DNA of 52,556 nt from Candidatus Micrarchaeota archaeon. GTDB lineage: Archaea; Micrarchaeota; Micrarchaeia; Micrarchaeales; Micrarchaeaceae. This document shows positions 1-8,376 of the stretch, piece by piece (position 1 is the first letter of the stretch; each line of letters starts with the position of its first letter). The notes beneath the pieces are model-generated. The model searched no databases. It worked only from the letters and a program-made list of their open reading frames with translations, and was not told where the DNA came from. The stretch spans positions 1 through 52,556 of the forward strand of contig JAGWGP010000001.1 in assembly GCA_028867285.1 (NCBI GenBank). The letters are read 5' to 3'. Position numbers and translations under genes: made by a program.

Positions 1-332
1 TGCATTATTGATCCGCCAATCCTTCCCCCGACAAACCCGAACAGGACTATTGCGGCGGCGGTGGCGTACACCCCCACAGATCCGAGTGCGCCGATTATCT
101 GGGCTGCGGGATTGGAAAAAGGCACGGAGATGCCCAGATACGCCCATACGCTGATGCCCATGCCGGCCACTATGCCGATTATCAGCCCGGAGAGCGTGCC
201 GTCGCGCTCGCCCCTGGTTATCATGCCTGCCACGAACGCGGTGAAAACTACGGTGAGGGGGTGCGCCCAGCCCACAATCGCCTGCAGGGCGAGCCCTACG
301 ACTGCTCCGGAGAGTATGTTCCTGAGGGACAT
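1..332 (-). CDS. Small multi-pass membrane protein (DUF5518-like), 3' end outside window
   Basis: Manual translation from ATG at 332 gives MSLRNILSGAVVGLALQAIVGWAHPLTVVFTAFVAGMITRGERDGTLSGLIIGIVAG...FGFVGGRIGG. Gly-rich hydrophobic helices; frame is open to the window edge. Confidence 0.65.
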   Translation of the reverse strand, partial: MSLRNILSGAVVGLALQAIVGWAHPLTVVFTAFVAGMITRGERDGTLSGLIIGIVAGMGISVWAYLGISVPFSNPAAQIIGALGSVGVYATAAAIVLFGFVGGRIGGSIM

Positions 333-490
333 CAGGAGAGATAGATACTGCAAAATTTATAAGCCTTAAACCGCAACACGTTGCTGGCCCGTAACATAGC
401 AGGGTATTAATACCATGATTCAGATTTTCCCAAGATTCGAGCCTAAACGCCAACGTTTTAAAGCTGTGATGAGATTATTGCTTGAGTGAG

Positions 491-1411
491 ATGGAGTACA
501 AGAGGCTTGGCAGGACAGGGGAGAGAATACCGGCCATGGGGCTCGGGACCTGGCAGCTCAACGTCAACCCAGAGGAGGAGGTCCGGGCCCTGAGGTATGG
601 GATAGACAACGGCGCGTTCGTGGACACCGCGGAGATGTACGGGAGCGAGGAGCTGGTTGGAGAGGCCATAAGGGGAAGGAAGGTTTTCGTGGCTACCAAG
701 GTCTCGCCGCATCACTTCAGGCATGATGACGTGATAAGGTCGTGTGAGGCCAGCCTGAAGAGGCTCGGAGTCAAGCAGATAGGCTTATACCAGCTGCACT
801 GGCCCAATAAGAGGGTGCCGATATCGGAGACGATGTCCGCCATGGAGAAGCTAGTGGACGATGGGAAGATAAGGCACATTGGGGTGAGCAACTTCTCGGT
901 GGACGAGTTCAGGGAGGCGCAGGGATCGATGAAGAGATACGACATAGTGTCCAACCAGGTCGAGTACAGCCCCATGGTCAGGGAGGTTGAGGACGACGGC
1001 GTGCTGGAGTTTTGCAGGAAGAACAAGGTCACTTTGATAGCCTACAGCCCTTTCGGGCATGGAGAGATGTTCAGGGAGAGGTACGGAGGTCTGGTAGAGC
1101 TGCTTGATGGTGTGGGAAAGGGCCACGGCAAGAGCGCGGTCCAGGTGGCGCTCAATTGGCTCATATCGAAGGAGCCTGTGGTTACGATACCTAAGGCGAG
1201 CACTGTCGGGCACGTCAAGGAGCTGCTTGATTCGATGGGATGGTCGCTTGATAAGAAGGAGACAGGCGTGATAGACGGAACGAGGGACTTCAGCAAGAAG
1301 TCAATACAGAAGAGGCTTGGGTTCCTGCTCAAGAACACCGGCGCGTGGGCCAGGCTTGCCACTAAGCACTATTCAAAAAAGAACGCCAACGGTGGCCGGG
1401 TCAGATCCTGA
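491..1411 (+). CDS. Aldo/keto reductase
   Basis: MGLGTW, DTAEMYG, VATKV, LYQLHWP, IGVSNF, NQVEYS and AYSPFG motifs. Confidence 0.93.
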   Translation: MEYKRLGRTGERIPAMGLGTWQLNVNPEEEVRALRYGIDNGAFVDTAEMYGSEELVGEAIRGRKVFVATKVSPHHFRHDDVIRSCEASLKRLGVKQIGLYQLHWPNKRVPISETMSAMEKLVDDGKIRHIGVSNFSVDEFREAQGSMKRYDIVSNQVEYSPMVREVEDDGVLEFCRKNKVTLIAYSPFGHGEMFRERYGGLVELLDGVGKGHGKSAVQVALNWLISKEPVVTIPKASTVGHVKELLDSMGWSLDKKETGVIDGTRDFSKKSIQKRLGFLLKNTGAWARLATKHYSKKNANGGRVRS

Positions 1412-2357
1412 GATTGTAAAGGTTCTTCTCGTAGTCGAGCAGCATGTCATAAAGTGCCTCGTCTATCTCCTCTCCACGCTCTACAGCGTCGCGCATGGCC
1501 TTTGCGACCTGCGTCCTTGTGGTGTTTATCCCGGTGTATGTGCCAGCCTTCACTATGGCTTGCGTGGATGTAGGCACGAACGGCCCGAGCGTCGCGTCCA
1601 GATCCGGATAATCGGTGTCTATTGAGATTGACCTCTCCATCTCCCTTATGGATCCGTACTTGGCTCCGCAGTTCATAAGGAAGAGCGTGGCGCACATTAT
1701 TTGGGTTCTCCTTTCGGCGCTGCCCTCCGACTCGAACATGTACATGGCCCTCGGTATCGTATGGGTTGGCATCCTCTTGAACTTGCTCACGAGCTCGGAC
1801 TTTATGTGCGAATCGGTGAGACCGGATATTATCTCCATCGTTGCCGCGAACCCGTAGCCAGCCCTCTTTATCGATTCCAGTATGAGCCCGGCGAACTTGG
1901 CGTCCCTTGCCTCGGAGGCCATGGTGGCCTGGGCTTCCTTGCTCGCGTTGACCAGCCTGGAGAGCGTGGCCTTGTACGCCTCCTCGTACTTGCCCTTCAT
2001 TGTGGGTACAGAGCTTGTGGCCCTCTCCTGTATTATGAACAGTATGGAGATCAGCCTCTCCATCGAGGCCTCCTTGAAGCTCACCCTGTCCAGCCCGGTA
2101 AGCTCGTTCCTGAGGGCATCCTTCACGTCGTTGGTTATTATGGCGGTCGATGTCCTGTAGGCCTCGGCGGACTGGGTAGCCAGGCGTATTAGCGGTATGG
2201 TGCCGAGCCTGGCGAGCGACTTGTACATCTCCGTAGTGCCTGAAGGCCCCCTACCTATGGATTTTGATATGAGACCGTCAAAGTGCTTCTTTATCGCATC
2301 GTTCTCGTCGAATGCAACCATCGTGGTGTTGCCCTTGTTGGTCTTGTTCGTGTTCAT
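1401..2357 (-). CDS. Hypothetical protein
   Basis: 318-aa ORF with genome-typical codon usage and an AT-rich promoter-like tract upstream (~2418-2428); no motif recognised. Confidence 0.7.
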   Translation of the reverse strand: MNTNKTNKGNTTMVAFDENDAIKKHFDGLISKSIGRGPSGTTEMYKSLARLGTIPLIRLATQSAEAYRTSTAIITNDVKDALRNELTGLDRVSFKEASMERLISILFIIQERATSSVPTMKGKYEEAYKATLSRLVNASKEAQATMASEARDAKFAGLILESIKRAGYGFAATMEIISGLTDSHIKSELVSKFKRMPTHTIPRAMYMFESEGSAERRTQIMCATLFLMNCGAKYGSIREMERSISIDTDYPDLDATLGPFVPTSTQAIVKAGTYTGINTTRTQVAKAMRDAVERGEEIDEALYDMLLDYEKNLYNLRI

Positions 2358-2503
2358 GCAGAGCTCACTGCGGACCAGGCGGGATGCCCGGCCTATTAGC
2401 TAAAGTGGTGCCGCTCCTTATATAAAAAGGTTCTGACGGAGGCTTGACCCGGTATTTAAGCCTATACCCTCACTTCCGCTATTATCCGCTTACGGCGACA
2501 GGC

Positions 2504-3055
2504 TCACCTGAAGGCCAGGACCACTATGTCCTCGAAGAAGTAGTGCTGCTTCGCGGCTACCTCCGCGTTGAGCCTCTTTACGTCGTTCGCGTATCTGTTG
2601 AAGCTGCTCTCCAACAGTAGGAAGATGTGGTCATCCATTGCGTAGTTCCTGCACTCGCTTATGAACCTGTCCATGAACAGCCGGCCGTGCCTCCCTCCGT
2701 CAAGGGCCACGTGCTTGAGCTGGTACCAGTGGCTGGGCAGGTAGGGCGGGTTGAATATTATGGTGTTGTACTTGCCCCTTATGTTGGAGAATATGTCGGA
2801 CTGGACGAACTCTATGTCCACCCTGTTGAGCCTCGCGTTCTCCCTTGCGCAGTCCAGCGCCTTTGGGTCGATATCGGAAGCCGTGACCTCGAGCCCCTTC
2901 TTCGCGGCGACTATCGCCTGTATGCCTGTCCCCGTGCCTATGTCCAGCACCCTCCCGTAGGCATACCTCTCCACCACGTCTGCGAGCATGTATGAGTCCT
3001 CCCGGGGCCCGTACCCGCCCTTCGCGTCGAGCCTTATGCCATCAGCTATCATCAA
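2504..3055 (-). CDS. HemK2/Mtq2-type SAM-dependent protein (release factor Gln) methyltransferase
   Basis: P-x-EDS, VLDIGTGTG SAM-binding motif, FNPPY, ALDGGxxGR. Confidence 0.88.
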   Translation of the reverse strand: MMIADGIRLDAKGGYGPREDSYMLADVVERYAYGRVLDIGTGTGIQAIVAAKKGLEVTASDIDPKALDCARENARLNRVDIEFVQSDIFSNIRGKYNTIIFNPPYLPSHWYQLKHVALDGGRHGRLFMDRFISECRNYAMDDHIFLLLESSFNRYANDVKRLNAEVAAKQHYFFEDIVVLAFR

Positions 3056-3095
3056 ATCGCAATATAATAAGAAAAAGAAAAAATAAAAAACAACT

Positions 3096-3464
3096 CTAGG
3101 TCCGGTCCTCGAGCCTCGCAGTGGACGCGAAGGATATCTTCTCCGGCGAGATGTCGATGACGACCCTGTAGGCGACCCTCAGCGCCTCCTCGTCATGGAA
3201 CCTCTCCGCCAGCTTCCTGAGCTTGACGATCTGGTCGTCAAGTGCGATGATGTCATCGCGCAGCCCTATGTTGCCCAGCTTGCGCTCTATCGCCGCCTCC
3301 TCGGTCATCCTCTGACCTGGGGCCCTCTCCTTCTGGCAGATCTCGCACCTGTTGTGCCTCGCCTCGGAATCCATCCACGGATTCGCGCCGTACGCCTCTT
3401 GGGCCTCGCCTATCATGGAATCCATTCCCCTGGAGAGCTCGCGCTCCCATGCACTCTTTTTCAT
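3096..3464 (-). CDS. Hypothetical protein (one CxxC); start uncertain
   Basis: ORF with typical codon usage from MKKSAWERE; contains CEIC. Confidence 0.55.
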   Translation of the reverse strand: MKKSAWERELSRGMDSMIGEAQEAYGANPWMDSEARHNRCEICQKERAPGQRMTEEAAIERKLGNIGLRDDIIALDDQIVKLRKLAERFHDEEALRVAYRVVIDISPEKISFASTARLEDRT

Positions 3465-3676
3465 TCCATACCCCGGGAGTCCACATGCCATCGCTGGCAC
3501 TAACCCTAGAAGACGCGCTTGTGCAATAGCACAGGCCTTACCTACTTGTATGGCGCAGGCATGCGCAACTTTCCCACAGGTTTTATTGGCGAGAAGAAAT
3601 AAATACCTTTGGGGAGCGACTTACATTCTGGTGGAGTTGAGGTAAAGGTTTAAATATTTTTTCGACAGTAAATAAT

Positions 3677-3732
3677 GTGCCGTGTCACTCCACGGCAACC
3701 CGGAAGACACGCCTGCGCTTCGGCGCAGGCCC
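3677..3732 (+). ncRNA. Candidate small structured RNA (two hairpins)
   Basis: TTTAAATA at 3649-3656, then TGCCGTG/CACGGCA hairpin (3678-3697) and GCCTGCGC-TTCG-GCGCAGGC hairpin (3711-3730). Confidence 0.4.
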
Positions 3733-3742
3733 TTATGCTCAT

Positions 3743-4285
3743 TCAGATTGCGGCCTGGAGGAACTTCCGTTCCTCTTCGGTGAATATCTCCTCCTTCACG
3801 AACGTCTTGCTGCCGAGCATGAACCTGAGTATCTCCGACCTCTCCTTGTTGTGGGAGACGGTCTTCCTGAATATCTCTTCCGGTTCCTTTATGTTGGCCA
3901 GGAGGCTGGCGTCGTGCATCCACTCGTCGAAGTAGGTGCTGTATCTCATCAGCGTCTCTATCTGCTCCAGCGCAAGCAGGAACTTCCTAGCCCTCTCCAC
4001 CTGCAGCACGACGTTGGGATCGTCGCTGCCCTCACCTGATTCGATGAAGCTGCCGTACCTCTCCCTTATCTGCGGCGCCCTCTCGAGCATTGTCGTGATT
4101 ATGAACATGTCCCTGTCGGCGTCGTTGGGCCTGTCCGGCAGGGTTATGAGGCTGCCGTTGACCTCTATCCTCTTCTCCGATATCTCGTTGTTGAGGGTGT
4201 CCATTGCCTCGGTTATGAGCTCCACCTTTGCCTTGTTGAGCATGTCCACGCAGACCATCCAGGCCGGAGTGTCGTCTCTTGCCAT
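3743..4285 (-). CDS. Hypothetical alpha-helical protein
   Basis: ORF from MARDDTPAW. The longer upstream extension in the ORF track runs through the 5S rRNA and is spurious. Confidence 0.75.
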   Translation of the reverse strand: MARDDTPAWMVCVDMLNKAKVELITEAMDTLNNEISEKRIEVNGSLITLPDRPNDADRDMFIITTMLERAPQIRERYGSFIESGEGSDDPNVVLQVERARKFLLALEQIETLMRYSTYFDEWMHDASLLANIKEPEEIFRKTVSHNKERSEILRFMLGSKTFVKEEIFTEEERKFLQAAI

Positions 4286-4308
4286 GGGATCATCAGGATA
4301 AGTATAAG

Positions 4309-4422
4309 TGTCAACAGCAACATGATTTCCCGGCCGAAGCCAGTACACACATATCGTAAGCAGGCTTAGCTTCCAAGTTCGGAATGGGTTTGGGCGTTTC
4401 CCTGCTCCTATTACCGTTGACA
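4309..4422 (-). rRNA. rrf: 5S ribosomal RNA
   Basis: Minus strand TGTCAACGG...CCCATTCCGAAC(T)TGGAAGCTAAGCC...GTACTGGCTTCGGCCGGGAAA...GTTGACA. Terminal helix TGTCAAC/GTTGACA, loop C CCGAAC and GTAC/GGGAA loop E motifs. Confidence 0.93.
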
Positions 4423-4497
4423 ATAAGTATCTGTTATGAAGGTTTTTATTCCTTTGTCTGGATGCCGATTAGGGGAACCTACAGGATTGGAATGTGG

Positions 4498-4641
4498 CTA
4501 CAGCGTCCTTCCCCGCCTGCAGGAATCGCACAGCATGCTCTTCTGGTCTATGTGGTCCTTGCAGTAGGGCCTGCCGCACATCCTGCACGTGTATTCCGCT
4601 ACCCTGTTGCATACGGTGCACATCCGCTTTATCTCAGCCAT
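4498..4641 (-). CDS. 47-aa Cys-rich zinc-finger protein
   Basis: MAEIKRMCTVCNRVAEYTCRMCGRPYCKDHIDQKSMLCDSCRRGRTL has CxxC-CxxC-CxxH-CxxC. Start overlaps the end of priL; below the ORF-track cutoff. Confidence 0.8.
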   Translation of the reverse strand: MAEIKRMCTVCNRVAEYTCRMCGRPYCKDHIDQKSMLCDSCRRGRTL

Positions 4642-5593
4642 TCTTGACCCCCTCCAGTATCTCGGTATTGAGCGCTGCGCCCAGCAGCTCCTTGGCCCTT
4701 GTCAGCGACAGGGGCTTGGATCCCTTCCTCTTGGCGTATGCGCACTGGTACCTTACGTACGCCTCGTTGACCCTCGTGTTGGGGTCCACCTGCTTGCAAA
4801 GTTCTATGTAGTCCATTATCCTCTTGGTCGCCTCCTCGACCTCCATGCCCTTCACGTTGACGAGGTATGGGGCGAGGATGAGGTTGACCGACCTGTGCCT
4901 CACGTCTGCTATCGGCGTCTCCAGCAGCCTGTCTATCCAGCCATGGGACGCTGCCGAGACCGGCTTTTTCTTTGCCTGTTCCCTTACGTTCAGCCTGAGG
5001 TTCTTGGAGTACTCGACCACCTCGTGCGGAAGCTCCGCCTTGGGGATTGGAAGCCCAGACATTATCTGCTGCTTGATCGCCTCGCACAGCAGCTTTGCCA
5101 TGTTGAAGTCGTTGAGGAGGACTATCCCGTGGTTTAGCCTCTGGTTTGCCAGGGCCAGATTCTTTGCCTGCGTAGAGTGGGCAAGGAACTCGCTGAAGCT
5201 TATGGTGAACTGCCTGGCGGTTCCCCCCATCCCGGTGGTTATGTGGAGGCCCAGCTCCTCGCCGATGTGGATGACCTCCGCCTCATCGGATGTTGCAAGG
5301 AAGAGCGACGACCGCGTGGCCTCGGCCCTGGCGTAGTTCGCTATGAGGTCCCTCCTGCCCAGCGCGCTCAGCAGCATCCTGGAATAGAGGTATGACATTA
5401 TGTAGTCCCTCTTCAGCGAGCTTATCGCCATCTCGGAGGATGCGATGCCCTTGTTGACCGCGGCCTCTATGTGGTCCTTGGCCATCTGCAGGTACCTGCG
5501 CTCGAAGGATCCGCCCTCGCTCTCCACTATCTGCCTCGCCTCCGATGAGAACGGGTACTTGTAAGCAAAGCCAAGGGAGCCAGCTCCTGCCAT
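4634..5593 (-). CDS. priL: DNA primase large subunit (PriL N-domain with PriX-like C-domain)
   Basis: N-terminal YKYPFxxEA, Y-A-x-AEA and LANQRLxxGxV are PriL-like. C-terminal WIDRLLETPIADVRHR..LILAPYLVNVKG..AKRKGSKPLSL is PriX-like. Confidence 0.82.
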   Translation of the reverse strand: MAGAGSLGFAYKYPFSSEARQIVESEGGSFERRYLQMAKDHIEAAVNKGIASSEMAISSLKRDYIMSYLYSRMLLSALGRRDLIANYARAEATRSSLFLATSDEAEVIHIGEELGLHITTGMGGTARQFTISFSEFLAHSTQAKNLALANQRLNHGIVLLNDFNMAKLLCEAIKQQIMSGLPIPKAELPHEVVEYSKNLRLNVREQAKKKPVSAASHGWIDRLLETPIADVRHRSVNLILAPYLVNVKGMEVEEATKRIMDYIELCKQVDPNTRVNEAYVRYQCAYAKRKGSKPLSLTRAKELLGAALNTEILEGVKNG

Positions 5594-5613
5594 GATATCA
5601 ATCTCTCTTCAAG

Positions 5614-5949
5614 CTATTTATTCAGGCGCCTGAGCCTCCCTCCGAGCGACCTGAGCAGCGAGTTTGTCAGCCTCGCCATGCGGATGTCGAGCCTAGTCAC
5701 GCCTCCGGCGTCGTGCGTGGTGAGCTGCAGGGTGACCCTCTTCCAGCTTATCATTATCTCGGGATGATGGTTCTCCTTCTCTGCAACCGTAGCGAGCCTG
5801 ACTACGAACCTTATCGCGGCGGGGAATGTGGGGAAATCCAGCGGGCCAGTCTCGATGAGCCCCCTCTTGGCCCTCCATCCCGCCGGAAGGGATTCCTTTA
5901 CCTGGGCCTGCGAAAGCCTTTTCTCGTCAAAGCATCTCTTGTCTTTCAC
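5614..5949 (-). CDS. Pterin-4-alpha-carbinolamine dehydratase
   Basis: AEKENHHPEI, LTTHDAGGVTRLD. Confidence 0.92.
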   Translation of the reverse strand: MKDKRCFDEKRLSQAQVKESLPAGWRAKRGLIETGPLDFPTFPAAIRFVVRLATVAEKENHHPEIMISWKRVTLQLTTHDAGGVTRLDIRMARLTNSLLRSLGGRLRRLNK

Positions 5950-5953
5950 AATC

Positions 5954-6958
5954 TCACTCCCAATTTATCGTTATGTAGTTCTCCGCCATGTTGAGGTTCC
6001 TGAAGGGGAGTATGCCCTTTATGGCCTCGGTTATCCTGGCCCTCGATATCTCCACGTTCTCCTTCCTGAATATCTCTATGTGGGGCCTTATCGCCTTCTC
6101 CAGCGCCTCCCTCTCGCTGCTGTACAGCGCCATGACGAAGAACCTGTAGCTCCCGGTTATTGGCGCCAGCATCTGGTACTGAGACATTATGTAGGTTACG
6201 CCGTCTGGCTTGAGGTACTGGGCCCTGGCCATGGAGGACCTCTCCTTCGTGGTCTTGTTGAACTTGTAGTTCACGAAGAACGAGAGCACGTAGTCGTTGA
6301 TCGGGTGCTGGACCGCTATGGTGAACCTCTTTATTATGCCGCTCCTCTTAAGCCTGAATATCCTGTACCTCACGGTCTCGTCGTTGAGCCCGGTCCTCTG
6401 AGACAGCTCCTCATAGCTCATCCTGGAGTTCCTGTTGAGCAGCCTGAGCAGCTCCCTGTCCTTCTCGGTGAGCTTTATCCTGGGGTTTATGCTGTCTACA
6501 AAGCTCTCGGTTAGCGGCATGTAGCCGAACTGGGCGAGCACGAACTCCGATGGCCTTATGACTGGGCCGTAGTCGGACAGCTCTGATGCCAGGCGGGTCT
6601 CCCATTTTATGTATGATATGGGGTCGCTGGTCCTGGCGTAGATGATAAGGTCGTAGTCCCCCTGCGCCAGGTATGCGGCGTGCACGGTCGCGTCCTTCGA
6701 GAAGAATTTCTTGAGAAGGGCCGAATCCGGCCTCCTGGTGAACTTTATGGTGAGTATGTGCCTCTCGGTGGCCCCCATGCTCTCCTCGTTGACCTCGAGC
6801 GTGTACCTTATGTCCAGCCTCTTCTCGAGCGCGTCGAGGGCCCTCTTTGCGGTTATCCTTGAGCACTTGGCGACCCTGGCCAGGTCGGTTATTGTGGCCC
6901 TGGAGTTCTTGCTTAGCTCCCGGACTATCTCCTTCTCCTTGAAAGAGTAGTACTCCAT
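5954..6958 (-). CDS. Tandem (double) Lrp/AsnC-family transcriptional regulator
   Basis: Two HTH + RAM units: ELSKNSRATITDLA.. and LLNRNSRMSYEELS..RLKRSGIIKRFT. Confidence 0.88.
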   Translation of the reverse strand: MEYYSFKEKEIVRELSKNSRATITDLARVAKCSRITAKRALDALEKRLDIRYTLEVNEESMGATERHILTIKFTRRPDSALLKKFFSKDATVHAAYLAQGDYDLIIYARTSDPISYIKWETRLASELSDYGPVIRPSEFVLAQFGYMPLTESFVDSINPRIKLTEKDRELLRLLNRNSRMSYEELSQRTGLNDETVRYRIFRLKRSGIIKRFTIAVQHPINDYVLSFFVNYKFNKTTKERSSMARAQYLKPDGVTYIMSQYQMLAPITGSYRFFVMALYSSEREALEKAIRPHIEIFRKENVEISRARITEAIKGILPFRNLNMAENYITINWE

Positions 6959-7068
6959 GATTGGTATTGGGCCGCAGGATATAATAGCTTATCATTTTAC
7001 CTAACTTCTTCTAATAAAATGGGATAAATCTAAACACTATTTAAGGGCGGCGTGGCAAGCATTAGCAT

Positions 7069-8349
7069 ATGAGGATCTTTTACAAGGGCGCCATCGCGCT
7101 TGCCTTCGTCGCCGTGGAGCTCGCCTTCATGACCGTGCTGATGTCGGTGGGAGGCGGCAGCATAGGAGTGCTGCAGTTCCTGTTCTTCACGCTCCTTGTT
7201 GCGACTGTTGCCTCCCTTGCGGTGAGCTTCGCGCACGACAGGTTCGGCGGGCTTGCGAGGCTGCTCAGGTCAAGGAAGGCGCTTGCGATAATGATAATCG
7301 TGGGGGTGCTTGACGTAGGGCTGGCCCAGCTGCTCCTAACCACGGGCAGCCTGGGCACCAACCCCAGCGTTGCCGGGATAGTATACAGGAGCTGGGTGAT
7401 AATGATGGCCCTACTCTCACCCCTCGTGCTGAGGAGCAGGATAGGGGTGAGGCAGGTGGGTGCCATGCTGCTGGGCATGTGCGGAATCTACCTGATGGCC
7501 ACCAATGGCAGCCTGATAGGCGTGGGTGTCGGTGAACTCCCGTATGTGGCTGTGGTCCTTGGAGCGGCCCTCAGCGTCGCTGTGGCCAATGTGGCAATAA
7601 AGAGGTACAACGCCGACACGGTGGGTTCGGTGGTCGTGTTCAACGCCGCGTCGCTGGCGTTCTCGGCAATACTGCTTGCCGCATCTGGCCAGTCGCCGAC
7701 GTTCAGCATGCCGATTCCAACGCTTGCGGCTGCGCTATTCCTCGGGGGGATAACCTATGGGGTTGGCAACGTGCTGTACATGTACTCGCTGAAGAGGCTG
7801 AACCAGATGCTCGTGGGCAGCGCCACACTTGCGGTGCCGTTCCTTACGGTGGTGTTCTCGTTCATCCTGTTAGGGACCCAGATAAGGCCTTATTACATAG
7901 CCGCGGCCGCGATGATAGGCGCTGGCATATTCCTGCAGTACAGGGTCTCATCAAGGGCCCCGGAGAGGATGAGGCATCCGGGAATCGCGGGGAGGATGCA
8001 GATATTCGACATAACCGGCGCTTTCGTGAACACCAAATCAGGCGTTATAGACGGGATGATAAGCGGGGGCAACAGGGCCCTGGCCGTGAAGCTGAACCCT
8101 GAGGCCTACATAAAGGAACGCCACGGCACGATATTTGAGAGCAGGGGCTGCAGGGCGTTCACTGACCTCGATCCCCATGGGGATGTCAGCTCCGCAGAGG
8201 TCGAGTTCATAAGGGACATGCTCGGGATAGGCAAGGGCGAGGCGGCGCTCATAGGGATGGGTAGGCCAGAGAGCCTGGAGAGCGCGTTCGACGAGTTCCA
8301 CTCCGTAGCTGGCATGGGGGACATCGAGCAGCCTACGGTCTCGTCCTAG
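7069..8349 (+). CDS. EamA/DMT-family transporter with soluble C-terminal extension
   Basis: About 10 hydrophobic helices in two EamA-like repeats, then ~130 hydrophilic residues; divergent from the Lrp gene. Confidence 0.85.
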   Translation: MRIFYKGAIALAFVAVELAFMTVLMSVGGGSIGVLQFLFFTLLVATVASLAVSFAHDRFGGLARLLRSRKALAIMIIVGVLDVGLAQLLLTTGSLGTNPSVAGIVYRSWVIMMALLSPLVLRSRIGVRQVGAMLLGMCGIYLMATNGSLIGVGVGELPYVAVVLGAALSVAVANVAIKRYNADTVGSVVVFNAASLAFSAILLAASGQSPTFSMPIPTLAAALFLGGITYGVGNVLYMYSLKRLNQMLVGSATLAVPFLTVVFSFILLGTQIRPYYIAAAAMIGAGIFLQYRVSSRAPERMRHPGIAGRMQIFDITGAFVNTKSGVIDGMISGGNRALAVKLNPEAYIKERHGTIFESRGCRAFTDLDPHGDVSSAEVEFIRDMLGIGKGEAALIGMGRPESLESAFDEFHSVAGMGDIEQPTVSS

Positions 8350-8376
8350 ATAAAAAAGGAGAACAGGGAGAAGGGC

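Noticed and set aside
61..369. 102-aa + strand ORF
   Set aside because: Antisense shadow of the minus-strand membrane protein at 1-332
3677..3732. Pistol, HDV-like or hammerhead ribozyme assignment for the two-hairpin RNA
   Set aside because: Required pseudoknot complement and catalytic core motifs not found by eye
4286..4423. N-terminal extension of ORF 3743..4423
   Set aside because: Runs through the 5S rRNA gene; the real start is ATG 4285
4498..4641. RNA polymerase subunit Rpo12 assignment
   Set aside because: Has four ligand pairs and lacks the Rpo12 C-terminal IL.K.R motif
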